A DNA stretch of 64,000 nucleotides from Octopus bimaculoides (GCF_001194135.2 NC_069001.1:9906442-9970441), one strand, 5' to 3'. Numbered from the stretch's first letter, positions 50,215 through 64,000 are shown. Notes: a model not told the origin generated them from the sequence alone. Program-made: numbers and translations.

Positions 50215-51036
50215 GACGTATATATCATATGTATGAAAGTAGATTACAATTTACTATGGAATAAAACCATTTTTATCTGTATAGCGATCGCTTTCAAGTT
50301 ATAATTTTATTAAACGTGCATATATATTTACATACATGTATACGTACGTACATACATAATTACATACACACATACAAACACACATACATACATAGAAGCA
50401 TACATACATGCATACAAACGTAAATACATACACATACGTAAATAACGAAGGAGATGCGCTTGTTAATTTGCATTCACGTAGGAAACATGCCCAAGGCTTT
50501 ATCGTACCCATTGTATACTTTCTCAGAAGAACATAAGTTGTTAATTGCAATAATTTACATACGTTTTGCTTCTAATGCTTCATAATTGCATTTCGAATTT
50601 ATTCAGCAAAATCTATTTCTACATGAAATTTAAGTTTAGTTCACTGTAATAATGTATTTTTAGGTTATGTTATTTTTTTTGTTTAATTCTATTGATAATA
50701 TTTACTGTTGCGATGTTGTTTTGTTTAGTTTTATTTTATGTAATTTTTAATAATATCTATATAGAAATATTTCTATGGAACAAAGACAAAAAAAATATAT
50801 GAAAATAACCTCAAAACATTAAACATCAAATGCGAAAGAAGAAATAATTATTATAAAGAGTTTCAGAAAGTTTTAACTGTTAATGTAATTAAATTTCTAA
50901 ACGGAAAAAGAAATGAAGACCCTACTACATATGTATCTGTCTAATCATATGGAAAAGAAAAAGAACATCCTAGTCTACATACCTATCTATTTATCTAAGT
51001 GTTAGTGTCTGTCTGTCTCTCTCTCTCCCTTTCTGT

Positions 51037-51078
<42 letters not shown>

Positions 51079-51235
51079 TTATATATATGTATGTATATGT
51101 GAGTGTGTGCGTATCAGTGTCTAGCAATATCTCTTTCCTCTTTACACACACACACAAACATACATATATACATATATATATATACATATCTATATACATA
51201 CATATATATATATATACATATATATATATACATAC

Positions 51236-51266
<31 letters not shown>

Positions 51267-52255
51267 CATACATATATATATATATACATACATATATACA
51301 TATATGTATATATCTATATACATACATATATACATATATGNNNNNNNNNNNNNNNNNNNNNNNNNNNNNNNNNNNNNNNNNNNNNNNNNNNNNNNNNNNN
51401 NNNNNNNNNNNNNNNNNNNNNNNNNNNNNNNNNNNNNNNNNNNNNNNNNNNNNNNNNNNNNNNNNNNNNNNNNNNNNNNNNNNNNNNNNNNNNNNNNNNN
51501 NNNNNNNNNNNNNNNNNNNNNNNNNNNNNNNNNNNNNNNNNNNNNNNNNNNNNNNNNNNNNNNNNNNNNNNNNNNNNNNNNNNNNNNNNNNNNNNNNNNN
51601 NNNNNNNNNNNNNNNNNNNNNNNNNNNNNNNNNNNNNNNNNNNNNNNNNNNNNNNNNNNNNNNNNNNNNNNNNNNNNNNNNNNNNNNNNNNNNNNNNNNN
51701 NNNNNNNNNNNNNNNNNNNNNNNNNNNNNNNNNNNNNNNNNNNNNNNNNNNNNNNNNNNNNNNNNNNNNNNNNNNNNNNNNNNNNNNNNNNNNNNNNNNN
51801 NNNNNNNNNNNNNNNNNNNNNNNNNNNNNNNNNNNNNNNNNNNNNNNNNNNNNNNNNNNNNNNNNNNNNNNNNNNNNNNNNNNNNNNNNNNNNNNNNNNN
51901 NNNNNNNNNNNNNNNNNNNNNNNNNNNNNNNNNNNNNNNNNNNNNNNNNNNNNNNNNNNNNNNNNNNNNNNNNNNNNNNNNNNNNNNNNNNNNNNNNNNN
52001 NNNNNNNNNNNNNNNNNNNNNNNNNNNNNNNNNNNNNNNNNNNNNNNNNNNNNNNNNNNNNNNNNNNNNNNNNNNNNNNNNNNNNNNNNNNNNNNNNNNN
52101 NNNNNNNNNNNNNNNNNNNNNNNNNNNNNNNNNNNNNNNNNNNNNNNNNNNNNNNNNNNNNNNNNNNNNNNNNNNNNNNNNNNNNNNNNNNNNNNNNNNN
52201 NNNNNNNNNNNNNNNNNNNNNNNNNNNNNNNNNNNNNNNNNNNNNNNNNNNNNNN

Positions 52256-52302
<47 letters not shown>

Positions 52303-52895
52303 TACATACATACACACACACACATATTTATATTCTTTAAACGATTTGTAGGTGCGATAGAAGTCCATACGCGTATTACTGGTGGTGTATATACTTTTCC
52401 AAAGAGTGCTTGTTTCTTTTATTGTATGTGACACCTGATACATTTGGTGTTGGAGGTCTCCAATATAGTTTATTCTGCGAGGGAACCAGAGAGGTAATCG
52501 TTGTGTTTATGAGACCTAATCACTGATCTGAACTGGAAACGAAAGGGTGTATCATTCACAGCTAGAAAGCAATTGATGTTAAGAGGGAGTTGCTAAAACC
52601 TGTTGTATTGCAATGGGAAAAGGTGAATGTAGTGTTTTTCAGTTCGAAAATGTGAATGCAATGTTTTTAGACGTTACCTTCGCAAGGAGTTAGATAAATG
52701 GTTAGATAAGGTAGCTAGCTAGCTAGCTAGATAGATAGATATATAGATAGATAGAGAAAGATAGAGAGAAAGAGAGAGAATGAGGTACAGGAAATGAGAG
52801 ACAGATTTTGAGAAAAAGAGAGATAAAACCAAGCCAGATCAAACTACGACGGAAGATATTGTTTTGGAGAAACAAGTTTACATGGATGTAGACAT

Positions 52896-53045
52896 ATGAG
52901 GGTGGGCTGAAATGTTCAAAGGCTGATTATGGAGGGCTGATACTAGAGCTGTGAAATTTTGCATGCAAACTCGTGTTATGAATAACAGCATTGTTTCGTT
53001 CCAGATAAAACGTTATCTGACTCTTGAGAGAAGACTTCAGAAGTA
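52896..53045 (+). mobile_element. Probable left end of a mariner-family element
   Basis: atgagggtgggctgaaatgttcaaaggctga is approximately the reverse complement of the right end at ~45540-45568. Confidence 0.5.
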
Positions 53046-53053
53046 GCTATGTA

Positions 53054-53106
<53 letters not shown>

Positions 53107-53169
53107 GCATATATGGGTACAGGATATCAAGAAAACGTCAACAAAATGAGAGAAGAGAACATAAATAAC

Positions 53170-53365
53170 AAAACTATAGAAGACGAACTTTTTTACGAAC
53201 GGCGAAAGAAAGAAATAAAGAAACGAGACAGGCAACATAAAGAACATTCTCTTTATCAGTTGTCCCCTGTTTTATCTACTCCGCGTTTCGAAGGTAGGGA
53301 CAAGACGTGACTTCGTTAAAACAGTCCTTCCCGCAAAGCAAATTAAATACAATTTGGGATTTTTT
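53170..53365 (-). mobile_element. Possible Penelope-like element pseudo-LTR fragment
   Basis: cagttgtcccctgttt..ctactccgcgtttcgaaggtagggacaagacgtgacttcg; the CGTTTCG motif is typical of PLE pLTRs. Assignment from recall only. Confidence 0.35.
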
Positions 53366-54187
53366 TCGGATCCCTCATGATCTTTCGCCAGTCCTTCGAC
53401 GATCCTTAACATCGGGAGCACTTCTGTATGCAATTTACTACGTTACTATAATCTATAAACTGATAACGGGCTATGAACACTAAATAGCATGAATATTACG
53501 AACCGTACCCAGGAATATCTAATCTCCAAAGAGACAAAATATTTGCAACGAAATTTTGCACTATATTTATTTATGTTCACCAAACCCTCCCGAGCTTTTT
53601 TCTTGCGCACAATTATTTTTTGTCATAATTAAGAAAATAAACTTCTTACATCTCTGATAAGATAAAAAAAATTTGAGACGGAAGGTGTTATTGAATTATA
53701 CACCCACCCGCAAATTAACTTTTCCTAGTTGTGTCTTGAAGCGCCTAAAAGTAATAAGAAACATGTTTAGATTTTAATATCCGATATCTGATCCTTTAAT
53801 GAAGGTGAATCACGGATCTGGAATTCCTTTCTTTTCGTTTGTTCATTAAAAAAAAATGGATTAACTGCTACTGGCATTATTGTTGATTGAATTGATATTG
53901 TGTTTATAAGAATGACAATGCACCGCTCGTTCTCCCTTTTAAAAAATCATCATCATCTTCTTCTTTTTCTTCTTCTACCCTCCTCCTCCTTCGCCTTCTT
54001 CACATGCAAGTCAGTCACCAAAATGTTGTTGATAATATTGCAGTGACAACAGAGAGAGAGAGAGAGAGAGAGAAAAATAGATAGATAGAGTGATAGTTGA
54101 ATAGAAACAGATAAAATATTGGACATCCTATGATGGTTACGTTATCGTTGTTATTATTAGTATTATTATTTCCACTACTACTACTAC

Positions 54188-54218
<31 letters not shown>

Positions 54219-55877
54219 CACTATTTTTATTCATTTGTGTCATTAAGCAAAACTACGTCCGTCTTCATTGTTTTATTTATTCTATTCAATTTTTAGAAAA
54301 TACTGAAGTCTGTCTTTGACAATTCCGAGGTGGATTGCAGCTTATTTTGTGTGTGGCATTTGGTCCATTCCTGAATATTTATATACAAATATATATTTCC
54401 CGTTTCTAACGGAAGTGCTGTCGTCAAGCTGACAACAGCCTGTGATCCACCTTGGCCAATAACAACCCATTTTCCAGCAGTCATCTTGGNNNNNNNNNNN
54501 NNNNNNNNNNNNNNNNNNNNNNNNNNNNNNNNNNNNNNNNNNNNNNNNNNNNNNNNNNNNNNNNNNNNNNNNNNNNNNNNNNNNNNNNNNNNNNNNNNNN
54601 NNNNNNNNNNNNNNNNNNNNNNNNNNNNNNNNNNNNNNNNNNNNNNNNNNNNNNNNNNNNNNNNNNNNNNNNNNNNNNNNNNNNNNNNNNNNNNNNNNNN
54701 NNNNNNNNNNNNNNNNNNNNNNNNNNNNNNNNNNNNNNNNNNNNNNNNNNNNNNNNNNNNNNNNNNNNNNNNNNNNNNNNNNNNNNNNNNNNNNNNNNNN
54801 NNNNNNNNNNNNNNNNNNNNNNNNNNNNNNNNNNNNNNNNNNNNNNNNNNNNNNNNNNNNNNNNNNNNNNNNNNNNNNNNNNNNNNNNNNNNNNNNNNNN
54901 NNNNNNNNNNNNNNNNNNNNNNNNNNNNNNNNNNNNNNNNNNNNNNTATATATATATATATATATATATTCTTAAAAAGCAGCAAAACTATGACAAAAAC
55001 TGTTACTCAGAGGTTTACGCTCCCGTTCTTCGGACAGTCTTGTTTAGAATGAAGCAAGATAAAGTTATATGCAGAAATACAATTACTTTGATAGATACAC
55101 ATTTGAAAATGGTTTTGTTTCATTGGTCCTTTCAACTAACAGTCTTTTTAATAACCGGTTACATGAAATAACAAGTAACGGTTTATTACTCTATCTCTGG
55201 TATTCGAGTACTATTTTTTCCACCTTGTTTCGCATTTATGTGCTTACTCTGGTATATATATATATAGAGGGTAAGAAAGAGAAAGATAGGTAGATAGATA
55301 GATATACCTGACAGTAAGAAAATGTGGCTGTTTAATTCATAACATGTGAAATGATTACACCGTGTAATATAGCGTTCTTCGTGTTATCTCCCCTGTTCTG
55401 CCACTTGCTAAATAAATAAATAAAAATTCGGGTACTGCGTTCAGTGCATTACCATTGACGATAATTATCAGAATTCATAACAGTGACCCCTATCGGTTAT
55501 TTCTCTGAACTCACAAAACACACACACACGTACATGCACTCCAGCGTGCACATACACATGCACGCATGCACACACAGACAAACAGAAAACGCATACAGAG
55601 GCATACACATATATGTATGTAAATATTGTACTATCTTTACATTACCGAATGCGTGTGTAGACACGCATATACACATATTTAGCAGTTCGCATACGAAAGC
55701 ACACCTAAATAAATGTATATTTAAGACATATCGCCAACTATGTGTATAACAGAGATTTATAGATTTGTACTAACAAAAGAAAAAAAAAAGAAAAAAATAA
55801 GCATAGCCAAGACCCACCGCCACCACCATCAACACCACGAAAAAATATATACATTTCAATACATTTCTGTAAAAAAT

Positions 55878-55908
<31 letters not shown>

Positions 55909-56905
55909 GCACAAAGACTTTCAATATGGAATGGTAATAAAATTCCTCTTAATATAGATATTATAAAGCAGAATCAATTAATGGTATTTTTAAATGAAAC
56001 AGACGCTGCACTCACTAATCTCATTTCATCGTTTTCTTCGTCTCCATTATTTATGTATTTATTTATTTATTTTTTTGTCGGTATTTTTTTTATCTTTTCT
56101 TGATTTAGGCTTTGTCATTCGTTTCATTGTTTTGGAAGTCTAATTGAAAACGTATATGTCATAATATTTTATGATGCAGTAGCACATTGCCAAAGAATGC
56201 CAACTTTTCTACTTCTCCGTTTCAGTTTTTGCCATAATGCGTCGCAGAACACAGACGAATTCTCACACATACACGCACGGCACCATTCATAAACGCTTAC
56301 GCACAATCAGATCATACAGTTACTTACGAACGTGTTATTTTTCTCTTCTACAATATATATATCACTGTCAATTAAGAGGAAAAATATCAAGAAGAGCTAA
56401 AGCAAAAAGCATGGCAAAACATAACAATATCCGCAAAAAATACTTCCCTCGCTACACAAAAAAAAAAAAAAAAAAAAAAANNNNNNNNNNNNNNNNNNNN
56501 NNNNNNNNNNNNNNNNNNNNNNNNNNNNNNNNNNNNNNNNNNNNNNNNNNNNNNNNNNNNNNNNNNNNNNNNNNNNNNNNNNNNNNNNNNNNNNNNNNNN
56601 NNNNNNNNNNNNNNNNNNNNNNNNNNNNNNNNNNNNNNNNNNNNNNNNNNNNNNNNNNNNNNNNNNNNNNNNNNNNNNNNNNNNNNNNNNNNNNNNNNNN
56701 NNNNNNNNNNNNNNNNNNNNNNNNNNNNNNNNNNNNNNNNNNNNNNNNNNNNNNNNNNNNNNNNNNNNNNNNNNNNNNNNNNNNNNNNNNNNNNNNNNNN
56801 NNNNNNNNNNNNNNNNNNNNNNNNNNNNNNNNNNNNNNNNNNNNNNNNNNNTATATATATATATATATATATATATGTACATGTATGTGTGTGTATGTAT
56901 GTATA

Positions 56906-56952
<47 letters not shown>

Positions 56953-57528
56953 AGAAACATAGATACAGTAGTTGTTTTTTTCAGTCCCCACTAACCTGGC
57001 AAAATAGGAAAACAAGAATTCTTTGATGTGTTAGTAATGTCGCTATGACAAAAGAATATTATTGAAATACAGAGAGAAAAAAATAATAACAACAATAAAT
57101 ATATCAATAAATAAATAATAAAATAAGGAAATATATTAAAAAGGAGCAAATAAAAAAGCATTAACGAAAAATATATAAAAATGAGATACAATGCTCTACA
57201 ATAATAGTATAAAAAATTGTGTTAGTAATAACAATATAAGTAGAGGCAGGCATGGAACTCTAGAAAACAGATGAAAATAATAATGATAACGATAGCAATA
57301 ATGATAATAATAATTATAATAACAGTAGTGATGATAATGATAATATAACAACAGGAATCGGAGAAGTAAAAGTACAAATATATATTATAATAAACGGAAG
57401 ACATCAAACGTACTCTATTTAAACGTGATATTAATATCACTTTTGCTCAGTAAATATCAATGTTCCATACTACAACATTATCATCACTTATACACAAACA
57501 CACGGACAAGCACACAGGCACACACGCA

Positions 57529-57581
<53 letters not shown>

Positions 57582-58954
57582 ATGTGTGTGTGTGTGTTTA
57601 TGTATTCATATATCTTTATATGTATATATATAAGTATATGTATACATATATATGTGCATATATGTATATATATATTTATTTTTATGAATATGCGTATAAA
57701 TATGTATATATGTATATATACATCTATATACATACACACACACACACACATATATATATGTGTGTGTATGTCTGTCAATGTAAGGGCTGAGAGTTAGTAT
57801 GCGTGTATGTATAATGTAAACACACGCACGCATGTATTGTGTTCCTGCGTTTATATATTTGACTATTAGTTTATCTAAGTGAATATGCGGGTATGGAGAT
57901 ACGTATGCATACAGACACAAGTTTATATGCATACATTAGTCAGGTTGTAATTTGTGATATCCACTAGATGATTGAATGGAAATATCCGTCCGTGCGTTTA
58001 TCTACGCATTTCCATGCACTTATTACATATAATATTTGTACCAGATATTTCATAGGATATATTCAAACAATCTGCAACTCTTAATTGCCAAATATTTATG
58101 TGCTATACAATATATATGTGTTGCACACAGACGTCCGTACCTACATCCACACCTATGTTACATATGTATACATGCTGTTGCAAACGTATTGACATATGCT
58201 TTTAAATTTTATATATATATATATATNNNNNNNNNNNNNNNNNNNNNNNNNNNNNNNNNNNNNNNNNNNNNNNNNNNNNNNNNNNNNNNNNNNNNNNNNN
58301 NNNNNNNNNNNNNNNNNNNNNNNNNNNNNNNNNNNNNNNNNNNNNNNNNNNNNNNNNNNNNNNNNNNNNNNNNNNNNNNNNNNNNNNNNNNNNNNNNNNN
58401 NNNNNNNNNNNNNNNNNNNNNNNNNNNNNNNNNNNNNNNNNNNNNNNNNNNNNNNNNNNNNNNNNNNNNNNNNNNNNNNNNNNNNNNNNNNNNNNNNNNN
58501 NNNNNNNNNNNNNNNNNNNNNNNNNNNNNNNNNNNNNNNNNNNNNNNNNNNNNNNNNNNNNNNNNNNNNNNNNNNNNNNNNNNNNNNNNNNNNNNNNNNN
58601 NNNNNNNNNNNNNNNNNNNNNNNNNNNNNNNNNNNNNNNNNNNNNNNNNNNNNNNNNNNNNNNNNNNNNNNNNNNNNNNNNNNNNNNNNNNNNNNNNNNN
58701 NNNNNNNNNNNNNNNNNNNNNNNNNNNNNNNNNNNNNNNNNNNNNNNNNNNNNNNNNNNNNNNNNNNNNNNNNNNNNNNNNNNNNNNNNNNNNNNNNNNN
58801 NNNNNNNNNNNNNNNNNNNNNNNNNNNNNNNNNNNNNNNNNNNNNNNNNNNNNNNNNNNNNNNNNNNNNNNNNNNNNNNNNNNNNNNNNNNNNNNNNNNN
58901 NNNNNNNNNNNNNNNNNNNNNNNNNNNNNNNNNNNNNNNNNNNNNNNNNNNNNN

Positions 58955-58996
<42 letters not shown>

Positions 58997-59984
58997 TGTA
59001 TATATGTATATATGTATATAAAACTTACGATTTCTCTACATTTTTTAAGTAAATGTATATATATGGATACACACACATACACATATAAATACATATACAT
59101 ATACATGCATATATATATATAATATTACATAAGTACATTATTAATTCTGTTTGCTAAACGTATAACCAAGAATAAAATGAATACACGTGTACAACTTAAC
59201 ACTAATATGCGGTGATTTGTCATTGCCAAATACACTTAAACTTTAAGTGGCAACTCTAAGTAGTGTCAATAGATATTAAAGGCCCACTCTAGTAATCGGC
59301 GGATGTACTTTAGTGGTGACACATTTTGGGTTTGTGAAACTAACGACAATATTTAACACAACTTAGAAACTGATGCTCTTGTGTGGTTGGATGGGATCGT
59401 TTGAGTTAAGGAAGAAACAGATTTGCGTGAAATGATTATCAGCGTTGAGCCTCAACGTGGATGTAAGAGCGGTTAGTAATACCAGCAAACCTTTTGCAAA
59501 ATGATCTAAATCAGTGGTTTTGAAAGTGGACAGTACGGTCCCAGTGTGGGCAGTACGGTCCCAGTGTCGGCAGTGGAAAGGTCGGGAGGTGGCTTTGAAG
59601 TAAAACAGGGCAATAAATGTGTAGACACAAGGGGGCGATGTATGTAAAAAAGACAAAACAATAATGGGTGAATTAGGTTAGGTTTTAGTTGTGAAATTGC
59701 ACTTGTTTTGAATTTGCTGAAGTAATTAGTCTATGTTTTTGGTGGTGAGTGGGGGATTACTAGGAATGGGGTCTGAGGACCATGGAGGCGGCAGCCTCAG
59801 AAAATACGGGTTCCACTAATCTATATAGATTTCTTCTACATCAATTTATCTGGTAAAAAAAAAATCAAGCAAATATTTGATATGGAAGTACACACTAGAA
59901 ACCTTTGTCAAAGATACCTACGTAAATTAATAGGTGGAATGTATGTGATTATCAATGAAAAAGATCCTGACTAAAATATTATTT

Positions 59985-60065
59985 CTTTATTGTCCACAGG
60001 GGGTTAAACATAGTAGGGGACAAAGAAGATAAACAGACAAAGGGATTGAGTCGATTAAGTCGAAA
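59985..60065 (-). mobile_element. SINE A tail i fragment
   Basis: tttctttattgtccacagggggttaaacatag...ggattgagtcgatt. Confidence 0.8.
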
Positions 60066-60265
60066 AAAAAAAAAAACTCAATTTTATTTCTCAGTCCATC
60101 ATTTGACGCTGGATTTAACACCATTATCACTTCTATCCTTACATTTGAAAGCTTTGAAAACAGTAAGAAGCAAAATACTTGTTCTGTATATTCGACTGTT
60201 GTCTGCACCACATAATTATTCGACCTTATCCCGACGTTATTCACATATTTTTTATGATTTGCTCC

Positions 60266-60697
60266 TTTTAATCATTCGACTTAGGCCAGGCTGGGGCACC
60301 GCTCTGAAGGATTTTCGCCGAAGGAATCATCACTAGTACTAATTTCTTTTTAAGCTTGGCACTTATTCTGCGATTCACCTTTAACGAGACGATAGGTCAT
60401 GGGGACGTGTACATACCAGCAACGGTTGTCAAGCGGTAGTGAAAGACAAGTGCACACGCAAAATACACACATACACACAACACGCGCGCACCCCCACACA
60501 GAGAGACAAACACACATACACACACACATATGTATATACGACAAGCTTCGTTCAGTTTCCATCTACAAAATCCACTCATAAGGCTTTGGTCGGCCCGAGG
60601 CTATCGTAGAAGACACTTGCTCAAGGTGCCACGCAATGGGACTGAACCTGGAACCATACAGTTGAGAAACCGGCTCCTTACCATACAACCACGCCTG
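60266..60697 (-). mobile_element. SINE family C, full length
   Basis: Tail ggccaggctggggcaccgc; internal (CA) tract; head ttgctcaaggtgccacgcaatgggactgaacctggaaccat...ccacgcct. Confidence 0.9.
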
Positions 60698-61285
60698 TAC
60701 CGATGTATTCCACATATTTACGAATTTGGTTTGTCGCATCTCAATAAAGGTAATATATGCCAAAAACAGAGAAAAAACAAAAACCAACCAAACAAAAAAC
60801 AAGCAAATGAAGAAAGAAAAAATCAATCAATATCAAGATGATGTGTCTTTGATCTTTACAAATTATATGTGTACAACAGTGTATATGAAGGATTTTTGAA
60901 CACTTCGTAATCAGTGGGGCAGCATTTCGGATTAATAGTCGCTTATTTATTTAACAAGGAGTCTTTAGGTCATTTCTCTCGCCCGCACATTACAAGTGTG
61001 TCATATTTCGACTTGTCTGGCGCGATAACAATCTTCCGATTCAATCATGGTGGCCACCGTGTTATATAAGCAGCTGCATAGAGAGGCGTAATTGTGTTAG
61101 TGTGTTTCCCTGACATAGAAATGTGTGACATTTAATATCGTATAATTAATGCCCACTGTCTTGCAGCAAGTAATCCTTCAAGATATTACCTTCATAAATC
61201 TATCTTAAATATTTTTGCAAAGCATCCACACATACATTTTTTTCTAATAACAGAAATAGAAATGATCATGAAGATCATCATCATC

Positions 61286-61323
<38 letters not shown>

Positions 61324-61333
61324 TATTATTATT

Positions 61334-61560
61334 AAAGCGGTGGGCTTTCAGAATCGAGCGAAATGCTTAGCGGTATTTTGCTTGTCACTACGTTATGAGT
61401 TCAAATTCCGCCGAGGTCGACTTTGCCTTTCATCCTTTCGGGGTCAATTAAATAAGTACCAGCTACGCCCTGGGGTTGATGTAATAGACACAATCCCCAT
61501 CTCCATGTAATAGACAAAATCCCCATCTCCAAGTTGCCCTTGTGGCAAAAATTATTATTA
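61334..61560 (+). mobile_element. SINE A monomer between (AAT)n and (ATT)n tracts, with a 26-bp internal tandem duplication
   Basis: Core ttcaaattccgccgaggtcgactttgcctttcatcctttcgggg; atgtaatagaca(c/a)aatccccatctcc occurs twice (~61480-61533). Confidence 0.9.
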
Positions 61561-61648
61561 TTATTACTATTATTATTATTATCATTATTATTATTATCAT
61601 TATCATCATCATCATCATTATTATTATTAGTATTACCATTATTATTAT

Positions 61649-62040
61649 TAAGGCGGCGAGCTGGAAGAATCTTTAGCGCGCTGGACGAAATTCTTAGTGG
61701 TATTTCGCCTGCCACTGCGTTCTGAGTTCAAATTCCGCCGAGGTCGACTTTGCCTTCCATCCTTTCGGGGTCGATAAATTAAGTACCAGTTACGCACTGG
61801 GGTCGATATAATCAACTTAATCCGTTTGTCTGTCCTTGTTTGTCCCCTCTGTGTGTAGCCCCTTGTGGGCAGTAAAGAAATAGGTATTTCGCCTGTCGCT
61901 ACGTTCCGAGTTCTAAAATCGGCCGAGGTCGCCTTGACCTTTCGTCTATTTGAGGGTCTATTAAAAAAAGTACTGGGGTCGATATAATCCACTAGCCCCC
62001 TCCCGAACTCGCCGACCTAGTGCCAAAATTTGGAAACAAT
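61649..62040 (+). mobile_element. SINE A dimer variant (tail i monomer plus more deeply truncated second monomer)
   Basis: Junction cttgtgggcagtaaagaaata|ggtatttcgcc at ~61862-61892; the second unit ends ctagtgccaaaatttggaaacaat. Confidence 0.85.
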
Positions 62041-62289
62041 ATTTAAAGCTACTGTTCAATGTGTCATTACTTTGATGTGACTCGACGGTGATTTGAGTGC
62101 TGTAGTGAACTGCTTGTAATCTTACTGTTTTAATATTCTAAAATCATAACAAATTGTCTGATGAAGCGGCGTCCTGGAAAGCTCGTTAGCACGCCGGACA
62201 AAATATTTAGCGGCATTTTGTCCGCATTTACGCTCTGATTTCAAATTCTGCCGCGCTATATGTATGAATATGTGCATCTCTATCTCTAT

Positions 62290-62645
62290 CTTTTATATGT
62301 TACAATGCTGGAGCACGCCCTAAATAATTTAGTTAATGGAAAGAATCGAACAAAGTACTTATTTTAAAGCCCTCCTAATTATTCTACCGATTTCTTCTTT
62401 TTGCCGACATAAACACAACAGGACTAACTGTCAACCAGTGGTGGGGAACAAACACAGATACAAAGCCGTATACTCCACCCCACCCACACAAGACGGACTG
62501 TTAGTTTCCGTCTACCATATCCACTCTCAAAGATTTTTGGTTAGCCCGAGGCAATATTAAAGACACATGCCCAAAGTGCCACGCAGAGGGATTGAACCGG
62601 AAGCATGTGGTTAGGAGGCAAAGCGAGCTTCTTACTACACAGCTT
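62290..62645 (-). mobile_element. SINE family C, near full length
   Basis: atgctggagcacgccc tail; ttgtcaaccagtggtggggaacaaacacaga; gcccaaagtgccacgcagagggattgaaccggaagcatgtgg head. Confidence 0.88.
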
Positions 62646-63134
62646 CGCAGTGGAAATGAACCCGGAATCACGTTGTTCGGAATTATGTGTATATCTCTAT
62701 ATTCACAGTAAATTTGTGGCGATATTTACCGAGTTACTCAAATAAATCAGAGAGCGCAGATTGTCGATTACTTGTCATCAATAATTTTTTAAAATCCAGC
62801 ATCCAGATTACTTGATTTAACACAATCAACTAAATCCTTAAATGAGAGTTTCCCAAAACGGCCGCAGTCCTTTGGCTGAAATTAGTGGAAAACATAAGAA
62901 GAGATAAAACAGACGCATCCGTATGAAATGACAAGTCGTTCCTTTCCTCTCTCGCTGCGTACCCTCCCCACCGCCTACCAACACTGAATGTTCTATTAGC
63001 AATTAACTGTATATTTCGCTTCTATTCGCAGATCTATTTACAAAACCTAGAAAAGCAAGCAAGCAGCATATTGAAATGATCTCGGTATCAGAGTTGACAA
63101 ATTGAGCACAGATATGAGATTTGTTCTTCTAAGA

Positions 63135-63205
63135 CAAATAATAATAATAATAATAATAATATGAAGAAGAAGAAGAAGAAGAAAAAGAAGAAGAAGGAGA
63201 AAAAA

Positions 63206-63239
<34 letters not shown>

Positions 63240-63578
63240 CTGCAGAGGAAGATAAAGATGCGGGATTTATTTTACAAAAAGCTTGTTTGTCATTAATACT
63301 ATATGACGGAAGAAGAAGAAGAAGAAGAAAGGGTGGTTACAGAAGAAGAGGAGGAGGGGGAGGAGGCAAGAGGAAGAAGAGGAGAGCGTGGAGGAATATA
63401 TAACGAAACAATAAATCAAAATCAAAAAAGGTGAAATTTCCAGAAATAGAAAATAGAAAATTCCAATTACAGATTTAATCTGAAATAATGTGAGCCTTTT
63501 CTTGGATTTAAAGTGATTTCTTCTTTATATCATTTTTGTTTGAATTTATGTGGGTGTGCGAATGAGTGCACATGAGAG

Positions 63579-63621
<43 letters not shown>

Positions 63622-63942
63622 GAAAGAGAGAGAGAGTGGGGGAGTGTGTGTGAGCGAGCGTGCGTGTATGTGTGAATGTGTGTGTGATTTTTTTCTAGTA
63701 CAGACTAAACTTTCAAATAAAGAAACAGCAGCAGCAGCGGCAGCATCAGCAGCATCAGCATCAGCAGTAGAGACATCAAGAGCGTAATGGCGTTCAAAAT
63801 ACTTGAAACTTTGGCTGTTGGAAGGCACGACGACGATGACGATGACAGCGATGATGATCATGATGATTATGGTGATAGTGGTCGAGATTAAACCGACGCG
63901 AATAACAACCATATAAGCAATAATATAGTAATAATACTGATG

Positions 63943-63977
<35 letters not shown>

Positions 63978-64000
63978 GACGATAATAATGTTGATAATAA
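63135..64000. repeat. Cluster of microsatellites (AAT, AAG, GTA, GAG, TG, CAG, GAT, AAT)
   Basis: Direct inspection. Confidence 0.9.

Noticed and set aside
54293-55293. Protein-like ORFs flanking the gap 54490-54947
   Set aside because: No motif recognised and no consistent splice-site pair; cannot be evaluated across the gap.
7621-59122. ORFs of 200-440 aa dominated by X
   Set aside because: They only span assembly N-gaps, which contain no stop codons.
59531-59570. 20-bp tandem duplication CAGTACGGTCCCAGTGT(G/C)GG
   Set aside because: Only two copies; an ordinary local slippage duplication.
63788-63892. 34-aa ORF MAFKILETLAVGRHDDDD...
   Set aside because: Short and dominated by a GAT/GAC repeat within a microsatellite cluster.

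Overview
AT-rich eukaryotic draft-assembly window with about 22 N-gaps, most flanked by (TA)n. It is saturated with di/trinucleotide microsatellites and transposon relics; the repeat families and microsatellite density suggest an octopus/coleoid cephalopod genome (inference, not checked by search). No confidently identifiable host gene, RNA gene, CRISPR array or prokaryotic system is present, and nearly all supplied ORFs are microsatellite or N-gap artefacts. Supportable content: (i) dozens of tRNA-derived SINE copies in at least four families (labelled A-D here) with modular, exchangeable 3' tails; (ii) degraded non-LTR retrotransposons, namely five R4/Dong-like pieces (three directly behind (AAT)n tracts) and one RTE 3' end with an open frame; (iii) Tc1/mariner relics, namely an internally deleted Tc1 with both TIRs, a near full-length DD34D mariner pseudogene and smaller ends; (iv) a 241-bp fold-back MITE with an exact 8-bp TSD; (v) a ~5.5-kb degenerate ~15-bp satellite. 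The most interesting observations are a recurrent dimeric SINE with the same junction at independent loci, SINE-derived hairpins and inverted pairs, the Merlin-like MITE, a minisatellite grown from a SINE 3' end, and a candidate signal-peptide exon at 2636-2866. None amounts to a demonstrated new biological system.
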